In this document: piece after piece, positions 1 through 12,229 of the stretch | Numbering within the stretch: the first letter of the stretch is position 1 | Layout: each line of letters begins with the position of its first letter | Assembly: GCF_006345805.1 (NCBI RefSeq) | Contig: NC_043000.1 | Location: forward strand, 12,090,001 to 12,154,000 | DNA: 64,000 nt | Direction of reading: 5' to 3' | Origin: Octopus sinensis | Taxonomy: Eukaryota | Position numbers and translations under genes: made by a program | The notes under the pieces: generated by a model | The model's input: only the letters and a program-made list of their open reading frames with translations | Told to the model about the DNA's origin: nothing | Databases searched by the model: none

Positions 1-34
1 AGTGCTGGTGACGTCGTTGTGGCAGTGATGATGG

Positions 35-72
<38 letters not shown>

Positions 73-139
73 TGGTGGTGGTGGTGGTGGTGGTGTGGTG
101 GTGATGGTGGTGCTGGTGCTGGTGGTGGTGGTGGTGTGA

Positions 140-173
<34 letters not shown>

Positions 174-1430
174 GGTGGTGGTGGTGGTGATGATGATGAT
201 GGTGGTGATGATGATGGTGGTGGTGGTGGTGGTGATGATGATGATGGTGGTGGTGGTATTGGTGGTGGTGGTCATGTCGTTAGAGGTACTGGTGGCGTTG
301 CAGTGGATCGCCGTCGGTTGTGGTGTTAATGGTGTTAGTGATGGTGGTGGTGGTGGTGGTGGTGGTGGTGGTGGTGGTGATGGTGGTGGTGGTGGTGGTA
401 TTGGTGGTGGTGGTCATGTCGTTAGAGGTACTGGTGGCGTTGCAGTGGATCGCCGTCGGTTGTGGTGTTAATGGTGTTAGTGATGGTGGTGGTGGTGGTG
501 GTGGTGGTGGTGGTGGTGGTGGTGGTGGTGGTGATGGTGGTGGTGGTGGTGGTGGTGGTGGGTGGTGGTGGTGAGGAGTGTATCGTTGGCGGGTGTGATG
601 GTGGCGGCGACGAGGACAACGGCGGCGGTTTTCATAATGGTGCTAAATGGTGGTTTAGTGATGTCGAAGGTGGCGGTGTTACGATAGGATAATGGTGCCG
701 GTGATGGTGGCGGCGGTGGCGGCGGCGGTGGCGGCGGTGGTAGTGGTGGTGGTGGTCGTTGCTGTGGTTTGCAGAGTAGTAGTAGTGGTGGTGGTGGTGG
801 TGGTTTAACCGTAACCACCCCATCTGGAACGCCTTTGATCAGTTCTGTTCAGTCAAGGTTGACCTGAGGTAACTCGTATTATTGTTGTTGTCGTTGTTGG
901 TGGTGTTGGTGTTGGTATTGGTGGTGGTGGTGGTAGTGGTGGTATTAGTGGTGTAGGTGGTGTTGGTACTGGTGGTGGTGGTGGTGTTGGTACTGGTGGT
1001 GGTGGTGGTGGTATTAGTGGTGTAGGTGGTGTTGGTAGTGGTGGTGGTGGTGGTGGTGTTAGTGGTGTTGGTGGTGATGGTAGTGGTGGTGGCGGCGGGG
1101 AGTTATGGATATGGATGTAATGACGGTGTCGAAGGTGAACGTGGTTGGGGGTGGTGATAGTGGTATGGTGGAGGTGGAGGTGGAGGTTACATAGTGGTAT
1201 GGTGGTGGTGTTGGTGGCGATCGTATTGATGTTGGCGGGGATGATGGTGATGATGATGATGATGGTAGTGGTTATAGTGGTGATGGTGATGATGATGGTC
1301 GTGGTGGTGGTGGTGGTAGTGGTGGCGGTGGTGATGGTGGTGGTGGTGGTGGTGGTGGTGGTGGTGACGGTGGTGGTGATGTTTGTGATGGTGATAATGG
1401 ATAAAAGTTGACGGTGACGTGGATGGTACT
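1..1430. repeat. Compound (GGT)n/(GAT)n trinucleotide repeat region
   Basis: Seen directly; includes a 142-bp-period tandem duplication (273 vs 415). Confidence 0.95.
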
Positions 1431-2459
1431 GTTGTTGAAGCCATAAAGTCAGCCTTAATCCAGCAAACCGATGATTAAAGACACTCCAGTCTGACCATCT
1501 CGTCTTATTTGGAATGTGTAGAACTGAATTATCCAACGTGTCCGTTCCTTTTGCACGACGGTAGAACGTGGTTTAAGGGAGGATTTAGCTGCCATTTCTA
1601 GCAGGCCGAACGATCACCTAAATGCTTCCTTGTCATCTCATATTGACGGGTGTTGGTTGTGATGGTAACGGTTGTGGAGCGACGGTGATGGCGTTGGCGG
1701 TGGTGGTGGTGATGGTTGTGGTGGTATTAGTGATGGTGGTTGTGGTGGTGACAGTAGTGTTTAGCCATAGGTCATACTAGATTTTAAAAAAAAAACTATG
1801 ATCGAAGACGTTCTAGCCGTGACCTTCCTGACTTGTGTTCAAACATAGTAAACATAAGATGTTTCCTTCGTTTTTTAAACAAATAAGTCGTGATTTCACC
1901 GAGATTTGGCTGCTATTTCCAAGAGGTCGAACAAGCACGTCGAGGCTCTCTCGTTAGTTCGTAAGTATTGTCAATGGCGATGATGATGATGATGATGTCG
2001 ATCGTGATATTGGTGGTGCTATTAGTGGTTGTGAGGTTGAAGTTAGCGGTGGTAGATCCATTCCAGGTCTGGGTGGTTGTCAGCTGCCGTGTATCAGGTT
2101 GACGTTGAAAGCAGGCAGCCGAGCGAACGGATTGTCAATGGCGCTGTATACAGACCGTCTGCTAATTGTAAGCAACCAACAAACAGCCGACATCTTCAAT
2201 GGTTCAGACACCGCCCTCTTCACCCACCCTCCTACTCGCATAGTAGTCGCTCTCTTCTTTCTTTCCTTTTTCTTCGTCATTCTTTTTCTCGTTTTTCTTT
2301 CCTTCCTTCCTTCCTTCTGTGAATCATTCTTCCATTCTTCCAATCTTCCCTACTCGTCTTAGATTTTCCTTTCTTTTTCTTTCTTCCATCCATTTCTTTC
2401 TTTCTTTCTCTTTCTTTCAGTTTTTCTTTTCTGTTTCTTTTTCCATCTCTTTCAGTTTT

Positions 2460-2503
<44 letters not shown>

Positions 2504-2588
2504 CCATTTCCTTATTTCATTCTTTCTCCTGTTTCGTTCTTTTTCTTTCTTTTCCTTTTCACTTCTTCCTTTCTGTTTTCTTTCTTGG

Positions 2589-2624
<36 letters not shown>

Positions 2625-3002
2625 CTTCGATTCTTTTAGAGAATTTGTCCTTTTTCTTCCTCCCACTCGTCCTCATTTTGTTCCCTACATTTCCTTCCTC
2701 CTGCCTCTCTCATTCACTCCCACTTCTTCCGTCTCATCCCCCTCATCCTTATCTTCCTCAAGCACTTTACCACCATCCCACCCCTCCTGTTCATCATCAT
2801 CATCATCATCGTCTCATTGTCGTCGTCGTTGTCGTCGTTGTCGTCGTCGTCGTCATCATCATCATCATCATCAGTATCTCTGCCACCGTTTCCAGATTCC
2901 CTCCATGTTGTAAAGCCCCAGCTGCTAGCCCAGGGGCCGTAGTAAGAGCTGCACTCTATGTTAACCCGACACCCACCCTTGTCGCCATAAATCTCTCTCT
3001 CC

Positions 3003-3039
<37 letters not shown>

Positions 3040-3480
3040 CATAGAGCCCCTACCTATATATCGACCTAATCCCCTACCTATTTACATTCACCTATCCAAC
3101 CTAGTCCTTAACTTACCTCACTGTCCGCAAATGTCGCCTTGAAAGTACATACCCACCGACCAACCATTTTCTTTTTTTTTTTTTTTTGCCTGACAGAAGG
3201 AACGAGGGAGACAATACCCATGACATCCCACCCGCAGTTACACCTACCTACCCTCATATCTTCCTACCTACCTATCCACCTACCTACTTACCTTCCGACC
3301 GACCGACCGACCGACCTATTTATGTATCCTACCTATAGTGTCAATAGGTAAGTTGGGTAGCCACCTCAGGACATGGCAGGTGGCCGCCCTCTTTGTAAAG
3401 GAATGATTCACCTCATTTTCTTGAAGTAAATCCGTTGCTGTGGTGATGTCATCTTTTTTTAATTTTTTAAAAATTTGCTA

Positions 3481-3860
3481 TAGGGCACAGGTACGAGTGT
3501 GTGGTTAAGAAGCTCGTTTTACACCCACGTGGACTCGGGTTCAGTCTCACAGCGTGGAACCTTGGGCAAGTATCTTCTACTATACCTTCAGGCCGACTAG
3601 AACATTGTGAGTGGACTTGGTAGACGGAATCTGAAAGAATCTGTCTTATCTTTTATCTTTCGTCTTTTATTGTTTGTCATTAGATAGCGGCCATGCTGGG
3701 GCACCGCTTTGCATTTTTAGTCGAATGAATCGACCCCAGGACTTATTTTTTTAAGCCTGGTACTTACTCTATCGGTCTTTTATGCCGAACCGCCAAGTTA
3801 TGGGAACGGTTGTCAACCGGTGGTGGGGGACAAACGCAGACACAAAGACACATACGCACA
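3481..3860. mobile_element. SINE family B head (+) and tail (-) fragments
   Basis: 3481-3650 matches the head/core; 3660-3860 matches the reverse-complement tail. Confidence 0.65.
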
Positions 3861-3883
3861 TAGATATACATAGATACACACAC

Positions 3884-4217
3884 GTGGATGCATATATGGC
3901 CTAGTGGTTAGAGCAGCGGACTCGCAGTCGAGGGATCGCGGGTACGAATCTCAGTGTTGAGTGTTTTTATGAGCGAAACACCTAAGCTCATAAGAGCCGG
4001 TTTCCGTATAGGTTCTCCACCTGGACGAGATACCGGTCCGTCGCTGGTGAGCTGCAAGATGCAGGAGTGAGAGAAAGAGTCAGCAGAAGTCCGCCATTAT
4101 CTTCTTTCAGAGCTAGGTGTTTCACTCATAAGCACACACATCGCCCGATCTGAGATTCGAACCCGCGATCCCTCAACCGCGAGTCCGCTGCTCTAACACT
4201 AGGCCATGTGCCTCCAC
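3884..4217. mobile_element. Two inverted SINE A2 copies (plus-strand head 3884-~3990, minus-strand copy ~3995-4217)
   Basis: Both match the 60634 copy, in opposite orientations. Confidence 0.8.
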
Positions 4218-4295
<78 letters not shown>

Positions 4296-5495
4296 TATAT
4301 ATAAATATACACACATAGAGAGAGAGAGACAGACAGACAGATACATAGATAGATACATACATACACACATACAAACATACATACATACATTTGGATACAG
4401 ATATAGATATTTCGCCATTATCGTTTCGAGTAGATGGTAACGATAAGCCTCAATAATAAAGAAATATCGATATCTATCATTCTCGATCATCTCAAGGAGA
4501 GTTGTCTCACCTTCTGGGACATTTAGTGTTCTTTAACACAGCGAATAGACGTATAAGCAAAACACATACACAGTGTATGTTCTACTGATAATATATACTA
4601 AAACTACCCGTGACCCGTCGGCTCACTAGGAAACTCTGAGTTTCTTAGCAACGGGCTTTTGTTTCGTGGGTTTTTTTCTCTTCCTGGTTATTAAGTATGA
4701 TTTCAATGAATGTGACATCGAAATCATGTTAAACAGCTCCTTTCTTCAGAAAAAGAAAGATTTGGCTGCTATCTTTGGCACGCCCTGCTACCACGTAACA
4801 TATTTCGGGTCCTTTATCGCAAATAACTGTTACGTGGAAGCAGGGCGTGTTAAAAATAGCAACCAAATCTTTGGAGGTGAGATATGTTGAATGCATTCGC
4901 AAAAAAAATATTTTACACTGAGGTCACAAAGGGTTTTTTTTTACGAAATATTTACCGTATTTTAAAAGTAATTTTCATTTTTAGAATATTTTTTAAATAT
5001 GCCAAAAAAAATTTGTAATGGTATTCGCTTGAAAAAAAAATAAAATAAGCATTAAAATATTGTCTGTTTAAAGAAAGCTAAAATATAAATACTTACTGTA
5101 CAAACAACTTACATTTTTGATATTACATTCACTTTAAAATATTTCTAAATGGTTAAAATATTGTGTTTTACAAAAACGAAAATAAAAACATTTTCTGTAA
5201 AAAAATCGTATTTTTACGTTGTCAACTCACTGTCTAATAGAAAGATAAGAGTTTTTCCCTTTAGGGTGAAGATTATTTTTGGAACATTTTCCCATTATGC
5301 ATCATTTCGGATATTTATACCCTAAAAATCTCTAATATCTTTAAAACCACTTAACCGATTTACGCAAAATTGATTTCATTCCATTCGTATTAACATTTCA
5401 GGGTAGGCTTAATTCATAGTATTTTCCCATTAAGCGCCCATTTGGCTGGGTAACATTGCAAGCAAGCAAGATTCAAACTGACTTTTAATGTATTA

Positions 5496-5526
<31 letters not shown>

Positions 5527-5599
5527 TTGTGTGTGTGTGTATGTATGTTTTTAATCTGACCAGACTGAAATTCAAAACAAAGTTCCTTACTTAACTCAT

Positions 5600-6480
5600 T
5601 AGGGAACTCTTATACACTGACGATTGCGATCTAGTCAGTCACTCTGAAACGGGCCTGCAATTTCTTGTATCTGCATTTGACTTAGCTTGTGTAGATTTGG
5701 GCTTGACAATCAACTTGAAAAAACCCCAGTTATAATGCATCAACCTGCATGTGATGCTGTTTGCAATCCCTCACTCCTAAAATTTTTATTAAGTTAATTG
5801 GGGTTCTTGATTCTTTCATCTACCTCGGATGCTCTGTACAAAATGATGGAAATTTGGTCAAAACTATATCTGTGAATTCAAAGAGCAGCACAAACATTTG
5901 ATGGTTTGACGCTAACGACATATAAATAGCAACAGTGGAGGCGCAATGGCCCAGTAGTTAGGGCAGCGGACTCGCGGTCATAGGATCGCGGTTTCGATTC
6001 CCAGACCGGGCTTTGTGAGTGTTTATTGAGCGAAAACACCTAAAGCTCCACGAGGCTCCAGCAGGGGGTGGTGGTGATCCCTGCTATACTCTTTCACCAC
6101 AACTTTCTCTCACTCTTACTTCCTGTTTCTGTTGTACCTGTATTTCAAAGGGCCGGCCTTGTCACTCTCTGTGTCACGCTGAATTTCCCCCGAGAACTAC
6201 GTTAAGGCTGCACGTGTCTGTGGAGTGCTCAGCCACTTACACGTTAATTTCACGAGCAGGCTGTTCCGTTGATTCGGATCAACCGGAACCCTCGTCGTCG
6301 TAACCGACGGAGTGCTTCCACCATAAATAGCAACACAAAATTGGTTCTTTACAAATCGTTTGTCTTACCATTCCTTTGTATTCTTCTGAAAAATGGACGT
6401 ATTATGAAAGACATTTCAAAGTGTAGAATGATTCCATCAAAAATGCTTCACCGCATTTTAAACATTAAACACTTCTCAAG
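5600..6480 (+). mobile_element. Degenerate RTE-type LINE RT C-terminal remnant interrupted by a SINE
   Basis: Fragments LGLTINLKKP, FIYLGCSVQNDG and, after the SINE, TKLVLYKSFVLP..MLHRILNIK resemble RTE motifs. Frameshifted. Confidence 0.55.
5935..6322 (+). mobile_element. tRNA-derived SINE family A, full length
   Basis: A-box TGGCCCAGTAGTTAGG and B-box GTTTCGATTCC. 13-bp TSD ATAAATAGCAACA (5922-5934 and 6323-6335). Confidence 0.9.
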
Positions 6481-6829
6481 TTACAGACCAAAAGTTTCAA
6501 AGCTCGAATTATGAGATTTTGCAACATCCTCCCTATTCCCCTGTTATCTCTCCTACTGATCATGACTTATCTAAGCATTTTGAGCTTTTCATAAACAATA
6601 AAACATTCTTAAATAAATAAGAGGTAATTGAAGCATTCGGACACAATAAAAAGTGATTTTTTTCTCTTTTTAAGATGGAATAAATGACATAGAGAGAAAC
6701 CTTTGGTAAATGTCATAAATGAACCTGGATCATACTTTGATTAAATAAATCAGTTCTCTAACACTTCTGAAATATTTTATTGTTACCTTTGAAACATGAC
6801 ATTTTATGTGAAACAATCATATATATATA

Positions 6830-7030
6830 TATAGTTAATCCAAACATGAAAACACATCAATGCGAGAACGTCGAACAAGTATAGTGTTATTGGATGCTCA
6901 GGAAAGGAAAGAAAGAAGGGGCATTTAACGTTTCGAGCGGAGCTCTTCATCAGAAATATAGAAAAAGGAAATATCCAAGGAAGGGAAGACGGAGGAAAAA
7001 AATCGCCAACGTTACACATGCGGTCACATA
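6830..7030 (-). mobile_element. Penelope-like element terminal (pLTR-type) remnant
   Basis: Carries the hammerhead motif ACGTTTCGAGC...GCTCTTC(A/G)TC. A related copy lies near 16860-17160. Confidence 0.45.
6922..6958 (-). ncRNA. Minimal type I hammerhead ribozyme motif (Penelope-like element type)
   Basis: Reverse complement UAUUU CUGAUGA A GAGC UCC GCUC GAAA C GUU AAAUG. Catalytic boxes are intact, helix II is GAGC/GCUC, helix I is UAUUU/AAAUG, and helix III is the palindrome AACGUU with no loop. Confidence 0.65.
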
Positions 7031-7054
7031 TTGAAATATATATATATATATATA

Positions 7055-7219
7055 GGCGCAGGAGTGGTTGTGTGGTAAGTAGCTTGTTTACCAACCACAT
7101 GGTTTCGGGTTCAGTCCCACTGCGTGGCATCTTGGGCAAGTGTCTTCTGCTATAGCCTCGGGTCGACCAAAGCCTTGTGAGTGGATTTGGTAGACGGAAA
7201 CTGAAAGAAGCCTGTCGTA

Positions 7220-7256
<37 letters not shown>

Positions 7257-7493
7257 GTATGTGTGTGTATATGTTTGTGTGCCTGTGATTGTCCCTCTAG
7301 CATTGCTTGACAACCGATGCTGGTGTGTTTACGTCCCCCGTGACTTAGCGGTTCGGCAAAAGAGACCGATAGAATAAGTACTGGGCTTACAAAAAGAATA
7401 AGTCCCGGGGTCGAGTTGCTCGATTAAAGGCGGTGCTCCAGCATGGCCGCAGTCAAATGACTGAAACAAGTAAAAGAGAAAAAGAGAAAAAGA

Positions 7494-7495
<2 letters not shown>
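7055..7495 (+). mobile_element. SINE family B with internal (TA)n/(TG)n tract
   Basis: Head GGCGCAGGAGTGGTTGTGTGGTAAG, CORE-like CTTGGGCAAGTG, and tail GGCGGTGCTCCAGCATGGCCGCAGTCAAATGACTGAAAC. Confidence 0.85.
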
Positions 7496-7538
<43 letters not shown>

Positions 7539-7983
7539 CAGAAAAGTTACGTAGGAGTAAAGGATGGCGCAGTTCGCTAAGACTGAAACGCTGTTACAGG
7601 TTATTGATATATAGGAGATAAAGTGCGCGGAAACAAAGCAGAATCTTGGAGCATAGAAGCGTCAATAGAATCTGGGTCAGAGAGAGAGAGAGAGGGAGGG
7701 GCGGGGTCTTAAAACGACTCGGACGTCCTGGTGCAGCTGTAAACTGATTGAATAGTAAATTGGCGCTACCGATATCTGTGCATGAGGACAAATGTTCGGG
7801 TCTTTATGTCTCTTGTTCTCCCTGGCTCTGCTCTGCTCTGCTCTGCTCTATAAGAATAGTCTGAACGTCCTAGCATTAGAATGTTTTAGAACTAAGAAGG
7901 CTGAACGCGTATTTCTTCTGACTCTGAGTTCAAGTTCTGCCGAGGATTCGAAATGCGGCACAAAAAGAATCGAACCGTCGTGC

Positions 7984-8172
7984 TGAAGAAGAAGAAGAAG
8001 AAGAAGAAGAAGAAGAAGAAGAAGAAGAAGAAGAAGAAGAAGAAGAAGAGGGAGGAGAAGGAGGAGGAGGAGGAGGAGGAGGAGGTGGAGGAGAAGGAGG
8101 TGGAGGAGGAGAGGAGGAGAGGAGAAGAAGAGAAGAAGAAGAAGAAGAAGAAGAAGAAGAAGAAGAAGAAGA
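7984..8172. repeat. (GAA)n-(GAG)n-(GAA)n compound repeat
   Basis: Seen directly. A mirror-type (CCT)/(CTT) tract lies at 9890-10100. Confidence 0.95.
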
Positions 8173-8429
8173 ATTCTACAAGTTGGTAGGTATCTTTTGT
8201 GAAAGAAGGCAAAAAAATCGACCGCCGTTTGGGAGGCCGGAGAGCTTGAGAGCTATGCAATGTCGGAAGCCGTCCTCTGGTCCAGTTAAACACCTCTGGC
8301 ATGACAAAGTCACATGAAATGGGACAACGGGATGAGACAACAAGGCGCAGCTGTTGGTTCGTAGACGATTCGACACAGCTGACTGAACATTCTACCTGCT
8401 CTGGCGATGAACTTTCCGGCGTTGAAGGT

Positions 8430-8496
<67 letters not shown>

Positions 8497-10510
8497 AACA
8501 CAAACACACACACACACACATACACACACGTACGCGCGCAGAAATATACTCATACAAATAGAGATAGTGTGTGTGTGAGAGAGAGAGAGAGATTAAAATT
8601 TATTAAATGAATATAAACAGTCTCCCTCTCCTCATGCACATAAAAGGAAATATGCATACACACATAAACTGAGAGAACGAAGGAGAAAGAAAAAGAGAAA
8701 CGAGAGAAACATTTAAAACGTCTGATGTCAAATAAGTCAGCGTCGTATGAACGACGCCAAATAAGTGGCGTCAAAACTGCTGTTCCAAAACGTCTCATAC
8801 CCTGTGTCAGTATTTGTTAGATATGTCTCTGCACAAAGGCTGAAAGATAACATTAAACGATCAAACATTGACATTAAAAAAAAATCAAAAACCAATTACC
8901 TCCTATAATTAATATGAGATGTCTTTCAAATATTATTTATCTGTGTAATATATCTGGAACTAAGAAAAGATACCGTTAACAGTTTTCCTAGTTTCAAAAG
9001 CCAGCATCGTAAAATCGTAAATGGCCACTAAACGTAATTACATGAGTTATTTCCCTTGAATACACTCTCTTTCCACACATTCATTTCATGTCACTTTTAT
9101 ATTTATATTTATATTTTTATTTCTATAATTTTTTTTCGGGGTTTATTATTACTATTATTATTGTTATTATTTTACGTTGTTTTTATTTCTGCAATTTTTC
9201 ATAAACTTCACCGGGTTCATAATTATTGTATTATCGATTTTGCTTTTATTACGTTATGGCTTCCTTGGTGTTGTTTCACTAAAGTGTTTTATATTTTGCC
9301 CAATAACAGTAAAAACGCTATGTAATAGTGGGCGTCGTCTATACGCGAGAACTCTGCTATTTCCTTGGGAATTGTGAAAAATATAGCCATTATTAAACAC
9401 TAAGTTGCTACTTCATGCTGTGGACTGGAACTAATTGGGTTGAGATATTTATTATGAAACCGAGCAATAGGGCGGTGAGCATCGCACTAATTGTACAACA
9501 CTATTTATTTTTGTAACCTAGCGTTCTGAGTTCAAATCCCACCGGGTTGTTTTCGCCTTTCATCCTTCGAAGGTCGATAAAATAAGCACCAAGTGTTCTA
9601 GCAATCGTTCCGTTGACTAATTCCCCGCCAATTCCTGCAGTGGGGCAGTGAGGCAATATAAATATCAGAGCATCAGCAATGTGGGGTTGGTCATGCTTGA
9701 CCTCATCCCTCGACGTTCTAAGTTCGAATTCCATTGGAATAATCGGCACTCTTTTTCATTTTTTCAGGATAAATGAAATTCAATTAAAATCAAATGCGAT
9801 CGGTCCTTTTCTAGACTATTCATTCTCCTTGACCGTTTGGTCTTGTGCATAAATATAATTGTCGTTAAACAAGGAAACACCACGCACTCCTCCCCGTCCT
9901 CCTCTTCCTCCTCCTCCTCCTCCTCCTCCTTCTTCTTCTTCTTCTTCTTCTTCTTCTTCTTCTTCTTCTTCTCCTCCTCCTCCTCCTCCTGCCCTCCACC
10001 TCGCCCTCTTCTTCTTCTTCTTCTTCTTCTTCTTCTTCTCTAGTTCTCCTGCCTCTTCCTCCTCCTCATCCCCTCCTCTTTCTGCCTCCTCCTCCTCCTC
10101 CTACATCCTCTTGAGTCTAGAGCCAATCTCAGGTTTCTTTAGCGTCAACTGGACAAGAGCTAATCATCTCCCTAGATAGGATGCTATCCCATGCACCCTT
10201 ACCTACCAGAAAAGCTAAATATGACATTGCAAGACAACAGAAGACTCATTGCCACTGCAGACATTCATAAGAGAATCGAACCGCTGTATGGTACCTATTT
10301 ATGAACTGGGCGAAGAGCACGTCTGTGTGTATCTCGAGGTACACAGATAGAGACATGGCCACTGTTTCTCACTGAGATAGTAGTTGCTGTAAGATTTAGA
10401 TCAATGTGAGTGGGGCCTCACCGAAACACCTCCAAATACGACCGAGTTCAGCAACACTGCCGTTGCGGTACCCAACCGGAACTGGGTGAAGTGTACGTCG
10501 CTGATATATA

Positions 10511-10740
10511 TTTCTTTACTACCTACAAGGGGCTAAACACAGAGGGGACAAACAAGGACAGACAAAGGGATTAAGTCGATTACATCGACCCCAGTGCGTA
10601 ACTGGTACTTAATTTATCGACCCCGAAAGGATGAAAGGCAAAGTCGACCTCGGCGGAATTTGAACTCGGAACGTAAGGGCAGACGAAATACGGCTACGCA
10701 TTTCACCCGGCGTGCTAACGTTTCTGCCAGCTCACCGCCT
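10511..10740 (-). mobile_element. SINE family C
   Basis: Near-identical reverse complement of 11880-12111. Confidence 0.85.
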
Positions 10741-11879
10741 TCTCACTGAGATAGTAGTTGCTGTATATATCCACGTATTCACTTACAGCCATGTGGACTC
10801 GGCTGTTGAGAACTGAAATAGCAAAAGTAAATGGATCTCAGGCAGTTTCGACGACGAGCAGTTCGATCGGCTGAATTATTTTCTCATTAAAATGGCACTC
10901 CGTTGACTATGATGATGAGTGTTCCAATAGATCGGATCAATGAAATGAGATGATTGGGCGTAGCTATTGGCACGTAGACAATTTGGCATAGCTGGCTGGA
11001 CATTCTGCCTGTTTTGCGACAGTTCTGTTTGGCACATACGCGCGCGCGCAGAAATATGCTAATACAAAACTAGAGAAATGAACTTGCAAGTGGCTGAGCA
11101 CTCCACAGTCACGCTCAGGGAGATTCAGCGTGGCACAGAATGTGACAAGGCTGGCCCTTTGAATTACAGGTACAGGTACATTTTTGCCATCCGAGTGGAC
11201 TGGAGCGACAAGAAATAAAGTGTCTTGCCTAAAGATACAACGCGCCGCAGGAAATCGAATTCGCAACCTTGTGATCATGAACCGAATACCCTAACTACTA
11301 AGCTACTTGCTTTCGTTACTTGCTCATTGAATACAAAGTGTTTAAGGCGGCCAGCTGGCAGAATCGATACGGGACCGAACAAAATGCTTGGCGGCATTTC
11401 TTCCGACTTCCGTCTTGAGTTCAAATGCCACCGGGGTTCACTTTGCCTCCCATCCTTTCGGGATCGATGAAATAAGTACTAGTTAAGCACCAGATGAACA
11501 ATGGGTTCGATGCTGTAAACGATTAATCTCTTCCCAGAAATTGCTGGCCTTGTGCTAAAATTTGAAACCAATATAAAGTGTTTGGAGGTATTTTAGAGCT
11601 ATTTTGTCAAAGAATGAGCAAGGAAAAATAATGCTATTCTCAGATAGAACAAGTCTGGTAGCAATGTGTAGCAATGCTGCCCTTTGAATTACAAATACAA
11701 TCCATCATAAGATCTACATAACAATTTCTGTCCACTAGACTCGTGTTAACTCGTGTTCACTAGACTCGTGATTGGAAGCGCATTTTTTAAACATTCAGCT
11801 ATACTTATGCCCACTGAGAGCTAAGTGCCTTAGACACGGACACAATACATTAGGTCGCATATTAGGACACAATTATATA

Positions 11880-12111
11880 AGGCGGCGAGCTGGCAGAAAC
11901 GTTAGCACGCCGGGCGAAATGCTTAGCGGTATTTCGTCTGCCGTTACGTTCTGAGTTCAAATTTCGCCGAGGTTGACTTTGCCTTTCATCCTTTCAAGGT
12001 CGATAAATTAAGTACCAGTTACGCACTGGGGTCGATGTAATCGACTTAATCCCTTTGTCTGTCCTTGTTTGTCCCCTCTATGTTTAGACCCTTGTGGGCA
12101 ATAAAGAAATA
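11880..12111 (+). mobile_element. SINE family C
   Basis: GGCGGCGAGCTGGCAGAAACGTTAGC..GAGTTCAAAT..GTCGATAAATTAAGTACCAG. Many copies in the window. Confidence 0.85.
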
Positions 12112-12229
12112 ACAATATATTAGGTCGTCAAGTATGAAATTTGTAGAAAAGAAAGAAAGTTTGTTAGAAAACCATGTACCTTACTACAAATTTCATACAT
12201 GATGACCTAAGAACACCACAGACAAGATA

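Noticed and set aside
19-1536. Poly-Val/Gly/His/Pro/Thr ORFs (mucin- or extensin-like appearance)
   Set aside because: Derived from (GGT)/(GAT) microsatellites open in most frames; no splice or signal evidence.
4580-5470. AT-rich segment resembling a Helitron/DNA-transposon interior
   Set aside because: No clear termini or TSD identifiable by eye; left unclassified.
5935-6010. tRNA-like sequences at SINE heads (also 14268, 23696, 60634, 3884)
   Set aside because: A/B boxes are present, but they continue into a shared SINE body with TSDs and show no complete cloverleaf; not called as tRNA genes.
7953-8189. Poly-Lys/Glu ORF MRHKKNRTVVLKKK...
   Set aside because: Product of a (GAA)/(GAG) repeat; no recognisable homology.
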